NCBI RefSeq assembly: GCF_963921235.1
Contig: NC_086097.1
Coordinates: forward strand, 239,508,001-239,572,000
DNA: 64,000 nucleotides
Source of the DNA: Mobula hypostoma
Taxonomy: Eukaryota
Direction: 5' to 3'
Shown here: piece after piece, positions 10,404 through 24,290 of the stretch
Layout of the letters: every line of letters begins with the position of its first letter
Numbering within the stretch: the stretch's first letter is position 1
The notes under the pieces: model-generated
The model's input: the letters and a program-made list of their open reading frames with translations, nothing else
Told to the model about the DNA's origin: nothing
The model's database searches: none
Program-made: the position numbers and the translations under genes

Positions 10404-11803
10404 ATACTGTAAGTCTACTCTGTCTATGCCTCTCATAATCTTATAAACCTCTGTCAGACGTCCCCTTGGACTCTGCCACTCCAGAGAAAACAAGCCAAGT
10501 TTGTCCAACCTCTTTTCAGCAAATGCCATCTAATCCAGGTGGTATCCTCGTAAACATCTTCTGTACCCTCTGCAAGACCTTGACATCCTTCCTATAATGG
10601 GTGATCAGAGCTGTATGCAATACTCCAGATGCAGCCGATCCAGAGATTTATAAAGCTGAAACATAACCCTGATGTTTGAACTCAATGCCTCAACTAATAA
10701 AGACAAGATGCCATACGCCTTCTTATCCATCCTACCAACCTGTGTATCCACTCTCAGGGAGCTATGAACTTGGACCCCAAAATCACTCTCTTCATCAACA
10801 CTGTTAAGGGTCTTACCCTTAAAAGTGTACGGTCTCTTAACATTTGACCAACCAAAGTGTAACACTTTACATTTAGTTGGTCATCTACACTATCTACAAA
10901 CCACCAATCTTAATATCACCTGCAAACTTACTAACTCACCCATCTACACTTTCATCCAGGTTATGTATACACATCACAAACAGCAGAGGTCTGAGTACAG
11001 ATTCTGGTGGAACACTAATCATAGACCTCCAGCTAGAATAAGATCAACAGTTACCACCTTCTGTCTTCTATGGGCAAGCCAGTTCTGAATATACACGGCC
11101 AATTCACTGTTGATCCCATGCATCTTAATCTTCTCAATGAGCATCCCATGAGGAACCTTGTCAAAAGACTTACTAAAATCTGTGTTGACAACATTCACAG
11201 CTCTACCTTCATCAATCTCTGTCATCATCTATCAAAAAGCTCAATCAAATTAGTAAGACATGACTTGTCCCGCACAAACCCATGCTGGCTCTCCCTAATT
11301 AGGCCATGGTTCTCCAAATGCTTATTAATCCTCTCCCTAAGAATTCTCTCCAGTAACCTCCCTACCACTGACATAACACTCAACAGTCTATATCTTCCAA
11401 GATTATCCCTGGTTCCCTTCTTGAATAATGGAACAACATTAGCTACTCATCAAACCTCCAGGACCTCGCCTGTGGCTAGAGCAGATACAAACATATTGGT
11501 CAAGGACCCAGTAATCTCTTCAACTGCCTACCTCAGTAACCTGGGTAGTATCCCATCAGAGCCTATGGACTTATCCACCATAATGATGTTTAAGAGACCC
11601 AACACTACCTACTCCTTTACATTGAAATGCTGCCTTAGCATACTAATGCTCTTGGCACTGGTCTCCCTATTCTCCATGCCCTTCTCCTTTGCAAACTCAT
11701 TTAATACATGACCCACAACCTTAACCTCTAAACAAATGCTTGAGAGGTCACATCCTCTTCCTAGTTAACATCCTTCTCCTGATGTGTATATAGAAGACCT
11801 TGG

Positions 11804-14800
11804 TGTTATGTTTATTTCTTGATAAAGATAAACAGTATTGGTAAAAACTATCACATTTATTAACAGTAATTGGCTTCAGCTCCACACGAGCACGTATGAC
11901 CAATCCAATGCTTCAACTTGACCTGAGCGCGTGAAACCAACTCACCAATATCAGTTCCGGTTCCAGGTGAACTGCCCACGTTGCTCCCTGGGAACTGAAG
12001 TTCTTTATTATATACACACATGATAACACAACTTCCCTCTTTAAAGAAAACAAACACAATACTATGTCCTCATAAATCTGTAAGAAACAATAAGGTTTTC
12101 CAACAAAGATATTTATATTAACTTCAATTGTAATGATCAAACACTCAGGAACTTTCAATCAATCTCTGAAGTGGTTTGATGATCCTTTTTGATCTGCTAT
12201 TCGTCTCCACAGATGTACTGCTTTCTCTTGCTGTGTTAATATTAGTGGCTTTCTGAGAACTCTAATCCACATGTTCATTTCTTTCACATCCTTCTGCCAA
12301 GATCCTATCTGTTTATTTCTATTCTTGTTCTTGCTGTGTGAACATAATTCACTTTATGTGCCTTATAATGGAACCCTGGACTACAGTCATGTGATCAGTG
12401 TCAGTGCACAATTTCCAACTGATCCTGTCTCAATTCACAGAACTCCTTCTGTTGGTTGCATATCATAGATGGTAACTACTCCAGTTGGTTTGTGTTGAAC
12501 TGTTGCTGTTGTTCTAACATTTGAATCTGTGCGGTCTCACAATCTTTCTTCTTTATTTTCCCTTTTCAACTTCAGAGAGGATCGTTAAAATATTTTTGAT
12601 TTCCAGTCTTTAACTGGAAGTTGATAAGAGAGAGATTTTGAACCAAAGCTGCATGATGTGAAAGCAAGACTGGTGACTTCTTCATCATGATCATTCTGTT
12701 CATCACAGGAATCTTGACTGTCATGTTGGTGTAGCTGGTATAGACATCGATGGAAAGTGAAGTTCTTCTGGTTCTTTTGTATATCCTCTCTGTAAGTTTC
12801 ATAGATGCTGTAATGAATTTCTAGAGTTACATCAGGTAAGCATCCGAGCCCCTCAAAAACATTTCCATTCTCTTATATCCATGGAGTGTGGTTATATGTG
12901 GTCTGTGAAGCCACTACAAAAACGTTTTCCACCATGTTGACCTTTTCATATGCACTCAGACCTAATATTGGCATATTTTCTTTACTACAATCTGTAGTTG
13001 TGCCTCCTTTTACTAGAACATTCTCTCCAGTATAGTCTGTCAATTTTAATTTCAGTGGGTACATCTTGCTCTTTACTTTAAGAGACTTGTAATCTTCCAT
13101 AGGCGACAGATTCACTTGGGTTCCAGTGTCAAGCTTGAAATCTATTCCGATTGACTAGCACCCAGCAGTCTGGAGAGAATCGATAAAGTCTTCCTTCATT
13201 TCCTCAGCAACACTATGCTCCTTTCACTTGTTAGGCCCAACTTTGCAGCACTTTGCAGAATAATTCGTCTTCCCTTAATTATTGCAGGACTTTCCATAAA
13301 CAGGACACGTTCTTGTGACTTGTTCAGTGCTTAATTCAAGTCCAACTCTTCGTGACCTCATGGAGCAATCTTTTGCAAACTCTTTTGTCTCTAACCACAC
13401 GGTAGGCTTATTCAGAAAGTTAGAAGGCATGGGATCCAGGGAAGTTTGGCCAGGTGGATTCAGAATTGGCTTGCCTGCAGAAGGCAGAGGGTGGTGGTGG
13501 AGGGAGTACACTCAGATTGGAGGATTGTGACTAGTGGTGTCCTACAAGGATCTGTTCTGGGACCTCTACTTTTCGTGATTTTTATTAACGACCTGGATGT
13601 GGGGGTAGAAGGGTGGGTTGGCAAGTTTGCAGATGACACAAAGGTTGGTGGTGTTGTAGATAGTGTAGAGGATTGTCAAAGATTGCAGAGAGACATTGAT
13701 AGGATGCAGGAGTGGGCTGAGAAGTGGTAGATGGAGTTCAACCCGGAGAAGTGTGAGGTGGTACACTTTGGAAGGACAAACTCCAAGGCAGAGTACAAAG
13801 TAAATGGCAGGATACTTGGTAGTGTGGAGGAGCAGAGGGATCTCGGGGTACATATCCACAGATCCCTGAAAGTTGCCTCACAGGTGGATAGGGTAGTTAA
13901 GAAAGCTTATGGGGTGTTAGCTTTCATAAGTCGAGGGATAGAGTTTAAGAGTCGCGATGTAATGATGCAGCTCTATAAAACTCTGGTTAGGCCACACTTG
14001 GAGTATTGTGTCCAGTTCTGGTCACCTCACTATAGGAAGGATGTGGAAGCATTGAAAAGAGTACAGAGGAGATTTACCAGGATGCTGCCTGGTTTAGAAA
14101 GTATGCATTCTGATCAGAGATTAAGGGAGCTAAGGCTTTACTCTTTGGAGAGAAGGAGGATGAGAGGAGACATGATAGAGGTGTACAAGATAAGAGGAAT
14201 AGATAGAGTGGATAGCCAGTGCCTCTTCCCCAGGGCACCACTGCTCAATATAAGAGGACATGGCTTTAAGGTAAGGGGTGGGAAGATCAAGGGGGATATT
14301 AGAGGAAGGTTTTTTTACTCAGAGAGTGGTTGGTGCGTAGAATGCACTGCCTGAGTCAGTGGTGGAGGCAGATACACTAGTGAAGTTTAAGAGCCTACTA
14401 GACAGGTATATTGAGGAATCAAATGTGGGGGCTTATACGGGAGGCAGGGTTTGAGGGTCGGCACAACATTGTGGGCCGAAGGGCCTGTACTATGCTGTAC
14501 TATTCTATGTTCTATGTTCTATGTTAACAAGTGAGTCTCTCAAATCTCCAAACTCATAAAACTTACTCAGTGTCTGGAGCTCAGCTAAGTATTTGTCAAG
14601 GTTAACACCTTGTTTCTGGTCACAGGAAAATAACTTATATCTCTCAAACCTGATTTCTTTTACTTGGGAGAAAGTACTCTACAAATTTTTGTCATTAGAG
14701 TGTCGAAAGTGAAAGTTGTCTCATCGACTTGAAAGCTGTTGTAGGTGTCCAAAGCATCTTCACCAATTGAATGTAGAAAGAAAGACACTTTCAAACATTC

Positions 14801-15190
14801 ATCAGCCCTTCCTTCTCTGCACACTACTAAATACGCACTGTTTGACATGTTTCCAGTTATCAGTTAGATAGCTGGTAAACTGTATAGGTGTGGGAGGACT
14901 TAAGTTATCCATTTTGGGCTCTCACCTGGATTTCTTTTCGTAGATCCAGTGAACTTCTGGACACAATATGCTCTATCTCCTCACTGGCTGACTTTTTATG
15001 CTGCATCTTTTTTTTTCCCTGTGGGAACTAGCGTCGCTTTCTTAGTAGCGCACGATATTCATTCTGACACCATGTTATATTTATTTCTTAATAAAGACAA
15101 AGAACGCGGGTAAAAACTAACATATTTATTAACAGTGCAACCAGATCATAGCTTCAGCTAATATATAATAATAATATGTATAATAATACA
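11804..15190 (-). mobile_element. Internally deleted Gypsy retrotransposon (gag, protease, pol tail; LTRs 11804-12030 and 15073-15190)
   Basis: TSD TTGG; PBS TGGTGTCAGAA (tRNA-Leu type) next to the 5' LTR; gag-like IGEDALDTYNSF; Cys knuckle CPVYGKSC; protease FKLDTG; PPT AGAGGGAAG; no RT core seen. Confidence 0.85.
13396..14524 (+). mobile_element. Relatively young 5'-truncated CR1 LINE inserted in Gypsy gag
   Basis: [30 protein letters not shown] motifs; (TTCTATG)n tail; candidate TSD TAAC. Confidence 0.95.
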
Positions 15191-15539
15191 TTGGGGATTC
15201 TCTTTAATCCCACTTGTCAAGGACTTTTCATGGTCCCTCCTGCCTTTGCTAATTCCCTTCTCGAGTTTAATTATGCAAATAAATGTAGCTGCTAGGTGTA
15301 ATGCAGACCAATTAATATACCTCCATTATTTTACGTTTGGCTAATGCAGGCAAGAAGCCTCATGGCCACTTCGCTTGGCAAACCACTTTCTTATGGGTTT
15401 GCAATAAGTGTCTCCGGCTATGGAAAGTGAATATCCATCACACACTTGCATGGTTCCTGGTCCAGCCACAGTACACTTATCCTTGAAGAGTTGCAGGCTA
15501 ATTTTAACCAACTTGTAACTGGAGCAACTACTGTCAGCA

Positions 15540-16005
15540 TAGAGTTACAGAGAACTACAGCACAGAAATTGGCCCTTTAGCCTACCTAGACCATCTAGAC
15601 CTTGTGAGCCATTATTTTGCCTAATCCCATTGACCTGCAAATGGACCGCAGCCTTCCATCCATCTACCTATCTAAATTTCCCTTAAAAGTTGCAATCAAA
15701 CCAGCATCAACACTTCATCTGGCAAATTATCCCACACTCGCGTCGTCGTCTGAGTGAAGAAATACCCCCTCAAGTTCCCCTTAAATGTTTCATCTTTTAC
15801 TGTTAACTGATAAATTCTATTTCTGGTCTCATCCAATCTCTGTGGAAAAAGATTGCATTAACTCTATCTGTAGCCGTCAAATCTCTCCTTGTTCTCCAGT
15901 GCTCCAGGGAAGTCCTATTCTATTCAGCCTTTCCCTGTAACTCAGGTCCTCAGGTCCCAGCAACATCATTATAAAGTTTACCTGTACTCTTTCAATCTTA
16001 TTGAA
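15540..16005 (-). mobile_element. CR1 3' end fragment
   Basis: Reverse complement of the CR1 C-terminus and 3' UTR. Confidence 0.7.
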
Positions 16006-16259
16006 CTTTGAGTCCCTGTTACTGCATCCATCCTATCAATATAGCAGCCGGAACTGACATTTTGCCACAATTGGCAAAATGCACCGAAGGATATTGGAGC
16101 ACAACCTGCATTGCAAAGGGCCAGAATTAACTGTGCATCACATTCTTCATTTTTTTTTTGAGTGCCATTGTACCAAGGGCATTTGTTCCACTGTAGAATT
16201 TAACTGTTAGTAATTCTTTCCTTTGTCGTGCTGGTCAGCCTTTGACATGATTTCCAAGA

Positions 16260-17600
16260 TAGATACTTCTCTCCCCTTTCTCGATCTCTCAGTCTCCATC
16301 TCTGGAGACAGACTGTCCACTGACATCTTCTACAAGCCCACTGACTCTCATAACTACCTCGACTGTACCTCTTCCCACCCCGTCACATGCAAAAATGCCA
16401 TTCCCTATTCCCAGTTCCTCCATCTCCACCACATCTGCTCCCAGGATGAAGCTTTCCATTCCAGGATATCTCAAATGTCCTGTTTCTTTAAGGATTGTGG
16501 TTTCCCTTCTGCCGTCATCAGTGATGCCCTCACCCGCATCTCCTCCATTTCCCACACTTCAGCTCTCACCCCATCCTCCCGCCACCACAACAGGGACAGA
16601 GTTCCCCTTGTCCTCACCTACCACCACACCAGCCTCCGGATCCAGCACATTATCCTCTGCAACTTCTGCCACCTTCAACAGGACCCCACCACTAAGCACA
16701 TCTTTCCCTCTTCACCCCTCTCCGCTTTCCGCAGGGATCGGTCCCACCGCGACTCCCTGATCCACACGTCCCTCCCCATGGATCTCCCACCCGGCACTTA
16801 TCCCTGTAAGTGTAAGTGCTACACCTGTCCCTACACCTCCTCTCTTGCCACCATTCAGGGCCCCAAACAGACCTTCCAGGTGAGGCAACACTTCACTTGT
16901 GAGTCTGTTGGAGTCATCTATTGCATCCGGTGCTCCCGGTGCGGTCTCCTCTACATCGGTGAAACCCGACACAGATTGGGCGACCGCTTCGTCGAGCACC
17001 TCCGCTCCGTCTGCCGCAACAGACAGGATCTCCTGGTAGCCACCCACTTCAGCTCTGCTTCCCATTCCCATTCAGATACGTCCATACATGGCTTCCTCTA
17101 GTGCCATGATGAGGCTAAACTCAGGTTGGAGGAGCAACACCTCATATACCGTCTTAGTAGTCTCCAGCCCCTTGGTATGAACATTGAATTCTCCAGCTTC
17201 CGGTAGTTCCCTCCCCCTCCCTTCCAATGTCCCTATTTCACTCTGCCCCCTCCCTCAGCTGCCTATCACCTCCCTCATGGTTCCACCTCCTTCTACTACC
17301 CATTGTGTTTTCCCCTATTCTTTCTTCACCTTTCCTGCCTATCACCTCCCTGCCTCCCCTCCCCCACCCCTTTATCTTTCCCCTTACTGGTTTTTCACCT
17401 GGAACCTACCAGCCTTCTCCTTCCCACCCTCCCCCCACCTTCTTTATAGGGCCTCTGCACCTTCCCCCTACAGTCCTGACGAAGGGTTCTGGTCCGAAAC
17501 ATTGACTGATCATTTCCACAGATGCTGCCTGACCTGCTGAGTTCCTCCAGCGTGTTTTGAGTGTTGCTTTGACCCCAGCATTGGCAGGGTATCTTGTGTT
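16260..17600 (+). mobile_element. Penelope-like element: RT C-terminus, GIY-YIG endonuclease and 3' tail (pseudogenised)
   Basis: LPFLDL, YKPTDSHNYL, NAIPYSQF, VIYCIRCSRCGLLYIGETRHRLGDRFVEH motifs; stop at 17101, frame continues LEEQHLIYRL. Confidence 0.92.
17471..17508 (+). ncRNA. Hammerhead ribozyme motif in the Penelope tail (probably damaged)
   Basis: CAGUC CUGACGA A GGGUUCUGGUCC GAAAC AUU GACUG; ACGU palindrome changed to ACAU. Confidence 0.55.
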
Positions 17601-17624
17601 TGCCAAACACTTTAAACTCCCTTC

Positions 17625-17840
17625 ACCTGGACCATAGACCTCCATACCCCTACCATCCATGTACCTATCAAAATTTCTCTTAAACATTGAAATCAAGCTT
17701 GCATGCACCATTTGCACTTGCAGCTCGTTCTACACTCTCTAGATCCTCTGAGTGAAGAAGTTTCCCCTCATGTCCCGCTTAAACATTTCATCTTTCACCC
17801 TTAACTCATGACCTTTAGTGGTAGTCCCACCCAATCTTAT
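17625..17840 (-). mobile_element. CR1 3' fragment
   Basis: Translation FKRNFDRYMDGRGMEVYG. Confidence 0.7.
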
Positions 17841-18029
17841 CTGTGCTTCTTCCCACTTCCTTTCCAGTCCTGATGAAGAGTCTTGGCTCAAAACACCAAT
17901 TTCTCATTCCCTTCCCTAGGTGAGTTCCGCCAGGATTTTGTGTGTTGTTCTGGATTTCCAGTATCTGCAGAATCTCCTGTGTTTAGCATGTTCAGGTAAT
18001 TGGTTTTCTACAGAATAAATTGTAACATT

Positions 18030-18495
18030 GACAGGGTTAACATATGAGGATCATTTGCTGCTCGGGGCCTTTACCGCTGGAGTTTAGAAAAATGGTGTGG
18101 GGGGGAGGGTGATCTCAATGAAGCCTACCGAAATTTGAAAGGCCTAGCTAGAGTGGATGTTGAGAGGATATTCCCATTAGGGGGAGAGTCTAGGAGCAGA
18201 GGGCACAGCCTTGGAATAGAACTAGATCCCTGTAGAATACAGATGAGTAGGAATTTTTTTAGCCAGAGGGTGGTGAATCTCTGGAGTTCATTGACACAGA
18301 CAGCTGTAGGTCCCATGTCACTGGGTGTACTTAAAATAGAAGTTAATAGGTTCTTGATTAGTAAGAATGTTAAAGGTTATGGGAAGAAGTCAGGAGAATG
18401 GAGTTGAAAAGGAAAAGAAATCAGCCATGATTGAATAGTGGAGAAGACTCGATGGGCTGGATTACCTAATTCTACTCCCATGTCTTATGGTCTTA
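18030..18495 (+). mobile_element. CR1 3' end
   Basis: SRGHSL, FFSQRVVNLWSSL; TCTTATGG tail. Confidence 0.85.
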
Positions 18496-18990
18496 AAGGC
18501 AGCATGTACAAGTAAAAGCATAATTAATATACAATATTTACAAGAAACAACACAATCGAAAAAAAACATTTTAGTTTAATATGGTTCAGGCCGAACTATA
18601 ATGATCTTGGTATTGCTGGTTGGTTCAAGCACCAAATGGTTGAGGAGAAATAGCTTTTGTTGATCTTGATGTTGTGGGACTTCAGGCTTCTGTGTTTCCT
18701 GACTGATGGTATGTGGAATAAATAGCATTATCTGGACTGTGTGAATCCTTAATGATGGATGTTGTCACACTTATGGTTGGGAGGGATGTGCACATGATGT
18801 ATTAGGCTGATACCTCTATGGTATGCAGATTCTTACATCCCCACACGTTCAGAGAAATACAGCACAGAAACAGGCCCTTTCAATAATTTCTGGGTGTTGC
18901 CATTGTAGTTGCCAGTTACAATGATACTTTCTCCACCTTCTTATTACAATGATACTTTCAGCAGTACATCTGTTTTCAGTGATAGCCAAA

Positions 18991-19242
18991 ACTTAAGTTT
19001 TGTAACTTTAAAACATTAAATTCATTCAAAGAGACTCATGGGAGTCTGAAATGCCAATCTAACTTTGTCTTTACTTTAAGGGATGCACACGAGGTAGTAT
19101 CATGTGGTACTGTGATGACGTATACAATTAAAGTATTTTTACATATAAGCTGTAATTCATTGTTTAAATGAATGCAAATACTTAATCAACCATTATGTAT
19201 ACAAGATTGCTCAAATATTATTGAAATATTAAATACATAACA
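18991..19242 (-). mobile_element. Solo LTR related to 4603-4862
   Basis: Reverse complement begins TGTTATGTATTTAATATTTCA, matching 4603 onward. Confidence 0.65.
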
Positions 19243-20711
19243 GAAAATTCCTTGACAATACACACAATATGCTGGAGGAGGTCAGAATGTCAGGCAGCAT
19301 CTATGGACGGGAATAAGCAGTCAATGTTTTGGGTCAAGACCCTTCACCAAGACCTCTTGAAATTTCCTTAAACTCATAAGAAAATAATGCATCATTGTTT
19401 CTCCATTGTGAGTGCATCTATGGGCAGGGAGCACGACAGGTTATCCGAAATGATAACAACCAGGAACTAAAAGCTGCTGGCACTCTCTGCTGCAATTTGC
19501 AATCTGTGCGTGATGTCCATGGCTTCATTCTTTGCAACTTCATACAATACAAATTAACATCTGAATAAATGTAATCCAAATAACTTGGAATGCTTTAGTT
19601 ATCAGATGAAAGGCATTCATTGTGTCCTGAACAGTAGCAGGGCATTTCTGCGGCTTAGCTGCACTAGCCTATACCTCGTTAGGCTGATTAAACACAAATA
19701 TTAGTGCAGATTTCTTTACAAATGTGTGTTGAAAGAAGTGAAAACTCAAGCTGTTGATGCCTCTTGGGGGTTGGCTATGATTATTTTCCTTGCGATTTTA
19801 GACACCAGCTTTTTGAACAGATGCTCTTTGGCAAGTTAAGCGATATGTTTTCCATTAGCTGCAATAACATTTGAGAAAATAAAATTTGTTACTTGGAATA
19901 TAATCACATAGCAGTTTAGCGCTGATGTACTTTGAATCAAAGTGCCCATTTTTCATTGATGGTTGAGTTAGGTATTTCTTGCCTCTACTGTAAACAATCG
20001 TTAATATTTTTTTCTTTCAAAATTCTTACCGTTAGTTTTGTGGTCGAAGTTAATACAGCCTTTGGGGCCCAGTACACCATGAATGTTATTAGCTTTTGAA
20101 CACTTGGGAATTACATAAACCCTAACATTTGATATAAAACATTAAAGTGAAAATATTTGCCAACAGAATAAATAACTAAATAGCCATTTTGTTTAGTGGT
20201 TTCCTCACATCTGTGAGTTGAATGTAAATGATCTTTGATCATGCACTCTGTTGTAACTATGGACACAATCTCTGGAGAGACATTGAAGCTAATGGATATA
20301 GAAGTGTTTATTCATCAAAATGAGCAGTTATTTGAGGCATTCTTGGAAGAAGGGGCCCGCTCAACCAAATATTACATGACATTTTTATATGTTAAAGATC
20401 AAAGATAACAGCAGGACAAATCTATAATTAGAATGTATCTACAATGCTTCCTTTGAATTACATACAGTTTTCAAACACCTCCTAATTCACACCCACACTC
20501 CAGATGCCCAAAGTCAATATTAATCCCCATTGACTATAGGCAGCATTCATCCATATTGTAAATTTTAGTTCATATGTGCCTAAGACTTTCGTACTTATTT
20601 AGTTATTTACACAGTTTATCTTCTTTTGCACATCTTTTCTTCTTTTCTCTTGCACTTCTTTGAACTTTTGAACTTTGACAAATCTAACTCTTCCCTCCTA
20701 CATAGCCCTCT

Positions 20712-21035
20712 TGTCATGAGCCCTGCGGACCTGTACACCTATATTTGTTAATTGTTGTCTTATCTAGAATTGTTAAGCCCCCATGCTTTCTGTTTAATCT
20801 TGTCAAGATTATCTTGACTGGCCCGGGTTTTCAGCATACTGCGATTATTTAAAGCGGACTCCCAACTAGCACTGATTGCAAGGTTTTGGTGTTTCATGAT
20901 TGATTCCTCTCGCAGCATCGCTCAGTCAAGCCACCAGTGTTCTGCTGGAATTCCAATGAATAAACTCTTGATTCTGTTTCAATAGGGGAGTCTGTTGTTA
21001 CTCTGCACCTGTATTCGGTCGTCTGTCAGCTCACA
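20712..21035 (+). mobile_element. LTR-like repeat; related copy at ~26910-27080
   Basis: Begins TGTCATG; shared block GCTTTCTG.TTAATCTTGTCAAG...GATTATTTAAAG.GGACTCCCAA; contains AATAAA. Confidence 0.5.
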
Positions 21036-21379
21036 CCATGGTATTTCCATTTTTCTAACTGAATAATAATCGTTGCTCTGGCCACTTTTGTTCAAGTCCC
21101 CAATCCACAAGGAATATTTACATCTGTCAATTTTGATAATTTATTTTTTCATTGCTGGAAGCAGTATGAGAGGAGTACTAACCCACACACAATTTTTAAA
21201 TACCTGATGTATTGACTGATGTATAGCTGAGTTTTTTTAACAAAAAAGGAATATAACATTAGTTGCATGAAATAGCTCTAGATTTCACACAGTGAAAATG
21301 ACCTTACCAAGGAATGGCTATCTATTTAATTCCAATAAAGGAAATGTACCAATTGTAGATTGAGGGACTACAACATCGA

Positions 21380-21720
21380 GAAAGTGCGCTCTGTCTGCGG
21401 CAAATGTTGGGATTTCCCAGTGGACACCAATTTCAATTTGACCTCCCATTCCTCTTCCAACATATTGGCTCTCTACTGCCCTCCAACTTGATGAGCACAC
21501 ATTCAAGTTGGAGGAGCAACACCTCATATTTCATCAGGATGGCCTCCAACCTGATGGCATGGAATCAATTTCTTCAACTTCCGGTAATTTCTCCCTCTCC
21601 CCATTCTCTCTTTATCCATTGCCCATGATGGTTCTACTGTGAACCTTTTTATTCAACTCACCTTCCCATCACCTTCCTCTGGTGTACCTCCTCCTTCCCT
21701 TTCCTCCATTGTCCACCATC
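21380..21720 (+). mobile_element. Degenerate Penelope GIY-YIG C-terminus fragment
   Basis: TTGGAGGAGCAACACCTCATAT (LEEQHLI) homologous to ~17126. Confidence 0.65.
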
Positions 21721-21754
21721 ATCTCAAAGCAGTTTCCTTCTTCGAGAGTGGATA

Positions 21755-22173
21755 TGTCTCAATGTTTGGATATGGCCCAAGTGTGGAGAGAGAAACATTG
21801 AAGCGGGCCGACAGTTCATTGACTTTAATGAGAACAGTTGTAGAATTTAAAGGAAAAGAAAAACAATAAATGCTAAGCTAACAGGATGGTTAACTAAAAC
21901 TCTCAAAATTAAAGTTAACACTAACACTGCAGCGTAAGCTATATCTAAATTTTAAATGAAAACTGCTACTTTTCAGCGTCAGTTGGACAAGGTTGAGGGT
22001 AAACAGGGAGCATAAACGTTGCTGTGCTTTTGGTCAATTCTTGACCAGACCAGAACAGAAAGAAGGGAGTTAAATACCACCAAAATGAAACAGTAATTAG
22101 CTGGAATGTGCATACTCACGAGCACGATTGTTGAACGCCTGTGGGGGCACATCGACCCCACAGCGAAGTGACA
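21755..22173 (-). mobile_element. Solo LTR (family A)
   Basis: TGTC...TGACA; perfect TSD GGATA. Confidence 0.8.
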
Positions 22174-22785
22174 GGATAGAGTGGATGTACAGAGGATGTC
22201 TCCTATTGTGAGGGAGTCTAGAATGAGAGGGCATAGCCTCAGAATTGAGGGACAACATTTAAAACAGAGATGAGGAAATATTTCTTTAGCCAGAGGTGGG
22301 GGGTGATTCTTTACGACTGACAGCTGTGCTAGGCCAGGACATTGGGTATATTTAAGGTGGAGGTTTATAGATTCTTGATTAATTAGGGCATCAAAGGTTA
22401 GGGGGAGAAGGCAGGAGAATGCGTTTGAGAGGGATAATAAATCAGTCAGGATGAAATGGCAGAGCAGACTCTATGGGCCAAATGGCCTAAATCTGCTCAT
22501 CGGTGTTATGCCCCTCATCAGGTCTTTACCTCTTCCACCTATCCTTTCTTAACTTCTTACTTCAATTCCCTCCTTCCTACCCCACCAAACCATCTTCCCC
22601 CTTATCTGGTCTCACCTATCCCCTGCCAACTTGTTCTGCTTCCCCTCTCCCCACCTTTTCATTCTGGGACTTTCTCCCTTACCTGGTGAATCCTGGTGAA
22701 AGGTCTCTACCCAAAACATCAACTGCTTACTTCTCTCCATATTTGCTGCCTAACTTGCTGGGTTCCTCCACCATTTTGTGTGTCG
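22174..22785 (+). mobile_element. CR1 3' end followed by a degenerate Penelope tail
   Basis: CR1 3' motifs at 22174-22510; decayed hammerhead block at ~22690-22785. Confidence 0.65.
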
Positions 22786-23794
22786 TACAACGATCTGTTT
22801 GAGCACACCTTCCAATGATATTGAATTCAACATCTGTTCCCGTGAGTTTACAACCTATGGGCACTGTGATTCCAGTCGGTCTGTCTTCTGCACACAGCAG
22901 ATGATTTTCTAGTGAAGGCAATTTCGCAGCCAGCAAAAGTGAAGCTCTGTGCTGATGATGACATTAGTCAGAAGAAGAGATAGATTAGTTTGAAGCAGCT
23001 GCATATTTCACGGTACAGGAATAAGCTTTCATTTTTAGTTTGCTCAATCAGTGATATCCTCATTGGGCAGCATCAAGATGGCTGACAGCAAACATCTTGC
23101 CTAATAAGGCTATCATCAATTATGTGGTGACTTCCTTTCGCTAACATGTACTCAGCTGGAAGTGTGAGTCTGAGATATGCCCCAAGTTGCATGCTGGTAC
23201 ACCTGATCTCCTTCTTTACTGATTTTGAATCACTGATTAATGATTATTAGTAAAGAGCTGATTATTGGCTACAGGAGGAAGAAACCAGAAGTCCATGGGC
23301 CAGTTGTCATCAGAGGCCCGGAGATGCAGAGAGGCAGTAACTTCCAATTCCTTGCTTTACCATATCAGATGATCTGTCCTGGGATCAGTTCTGAACTGAT
23401 TCCACAATCTGTGGACGCCTTCAAGGTTTTCATAACTCATGTTCTCAGTGTTATGTATTTATTTATTTCCTGCTACTTTTATTATTTGTTATTTGCATAT
23501 GGTGGTGCCGGAAGTGCGTCCTTAGCACATCTCGGAATGTGTTGATCGTTGACACAAACAACGTATATCATTCAATGTTTTATATGTAACAAATAAAGCT
23601 AATCATATCTCACTCATCAGGCCATGCTTGGCCCAAATGTTTTCAGCTGCTTCGCCATCACCTTTCCTGCAACATATCAGAAATGTGTCTGTCCATAGAT
23701 GAATAGAAGGATTATTACCCTCCAGCCATCAGTCTCCTGAACCGGTGTGGATAATGGCATTCACCCCAGCACTGAATAGATAGTGTGCACCTCA

Positions 23795-24290
23795 TATGGC
23801 CCTTGATAACTATCTCCAGCTCTTGGCCTTCACCTGTGCCTTAGTTACTAAGCCTGATGGAACCGCTTCCACTGAGAGGAGAAGGGGCACAGTTGGATTA
23901 CTGGCACTTTTAAACCAGTTGCTTTGGGCAGATGAGGCTCATCAGCTGTGGTTGGTAGCTCAGGTAGGAGAAGGAACACTCAGGTCTCAAACCTCCACTG
24001 CCTATTCATAGGAAGGGTTTTGAGTATAAACCCTGGGAAAAAATCTGGAGCTGGAGTCCCTAAAGCAGTCCAATGCTGACAAGTGACTCGTGTGACACCC
24101 CTCAAGCCAAGCTGTATCAGTCTCTGCCGTTCCTTTGGATTCATCAGCTGCATGGAGAGGGGTAGCCTGCCACATGGGCTTCAGTTTGCTCTCCACATTG
24201 TCCTGCCCTGGCTTCTGTACTGGCATGCATGTCACGTAGACACTTGAAATGCAAATTCTGAGGTCAACCCAGACCAACAGAGGGCCTCAC
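23795..24290 (+). mobile_element. Putative RTE-derived non-autonomous element (5' UTR-like)
   Basis: Recognised by pattern only (GGCAGATGAGGCTCATCAGC...AGGAGAAGGAA...TCAAACCTCC); no ORF. Confidence 0.4.

Larger units (their letters stand above)
9310..15265 (-). mobile_element. Long degenerate CR1 LINE (ORF2 RT to 3' end) hosting nested insertions at 9568-10403 and 11804-15190
   Basis: Minus-strand DFSKSFDKVPH, LHFG, HLEYCIQ motifs; CR1 sequence resumes after 15190. Confidence 0.85.

Noticed and set aside
13446..14354. Functional reverse transcriptase gene
   Set aside because: 5'-truncated CR1 with an in-frame stop at 13728-13730 and a 3' frameshift
16223..17101. Host CDS of 292 aa
   Set aside because: Truncated Penelope ORF lacking the RT core; starts at TTG in unrelated flank and has a premature stop
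23795..23950. HDV-like ribozyme, as known from some RTE 5' UTRs (also checked near 56124)
   Set aside because: Could not build the nested double pseudoknot by eye; needs a consensus and a descriptor search
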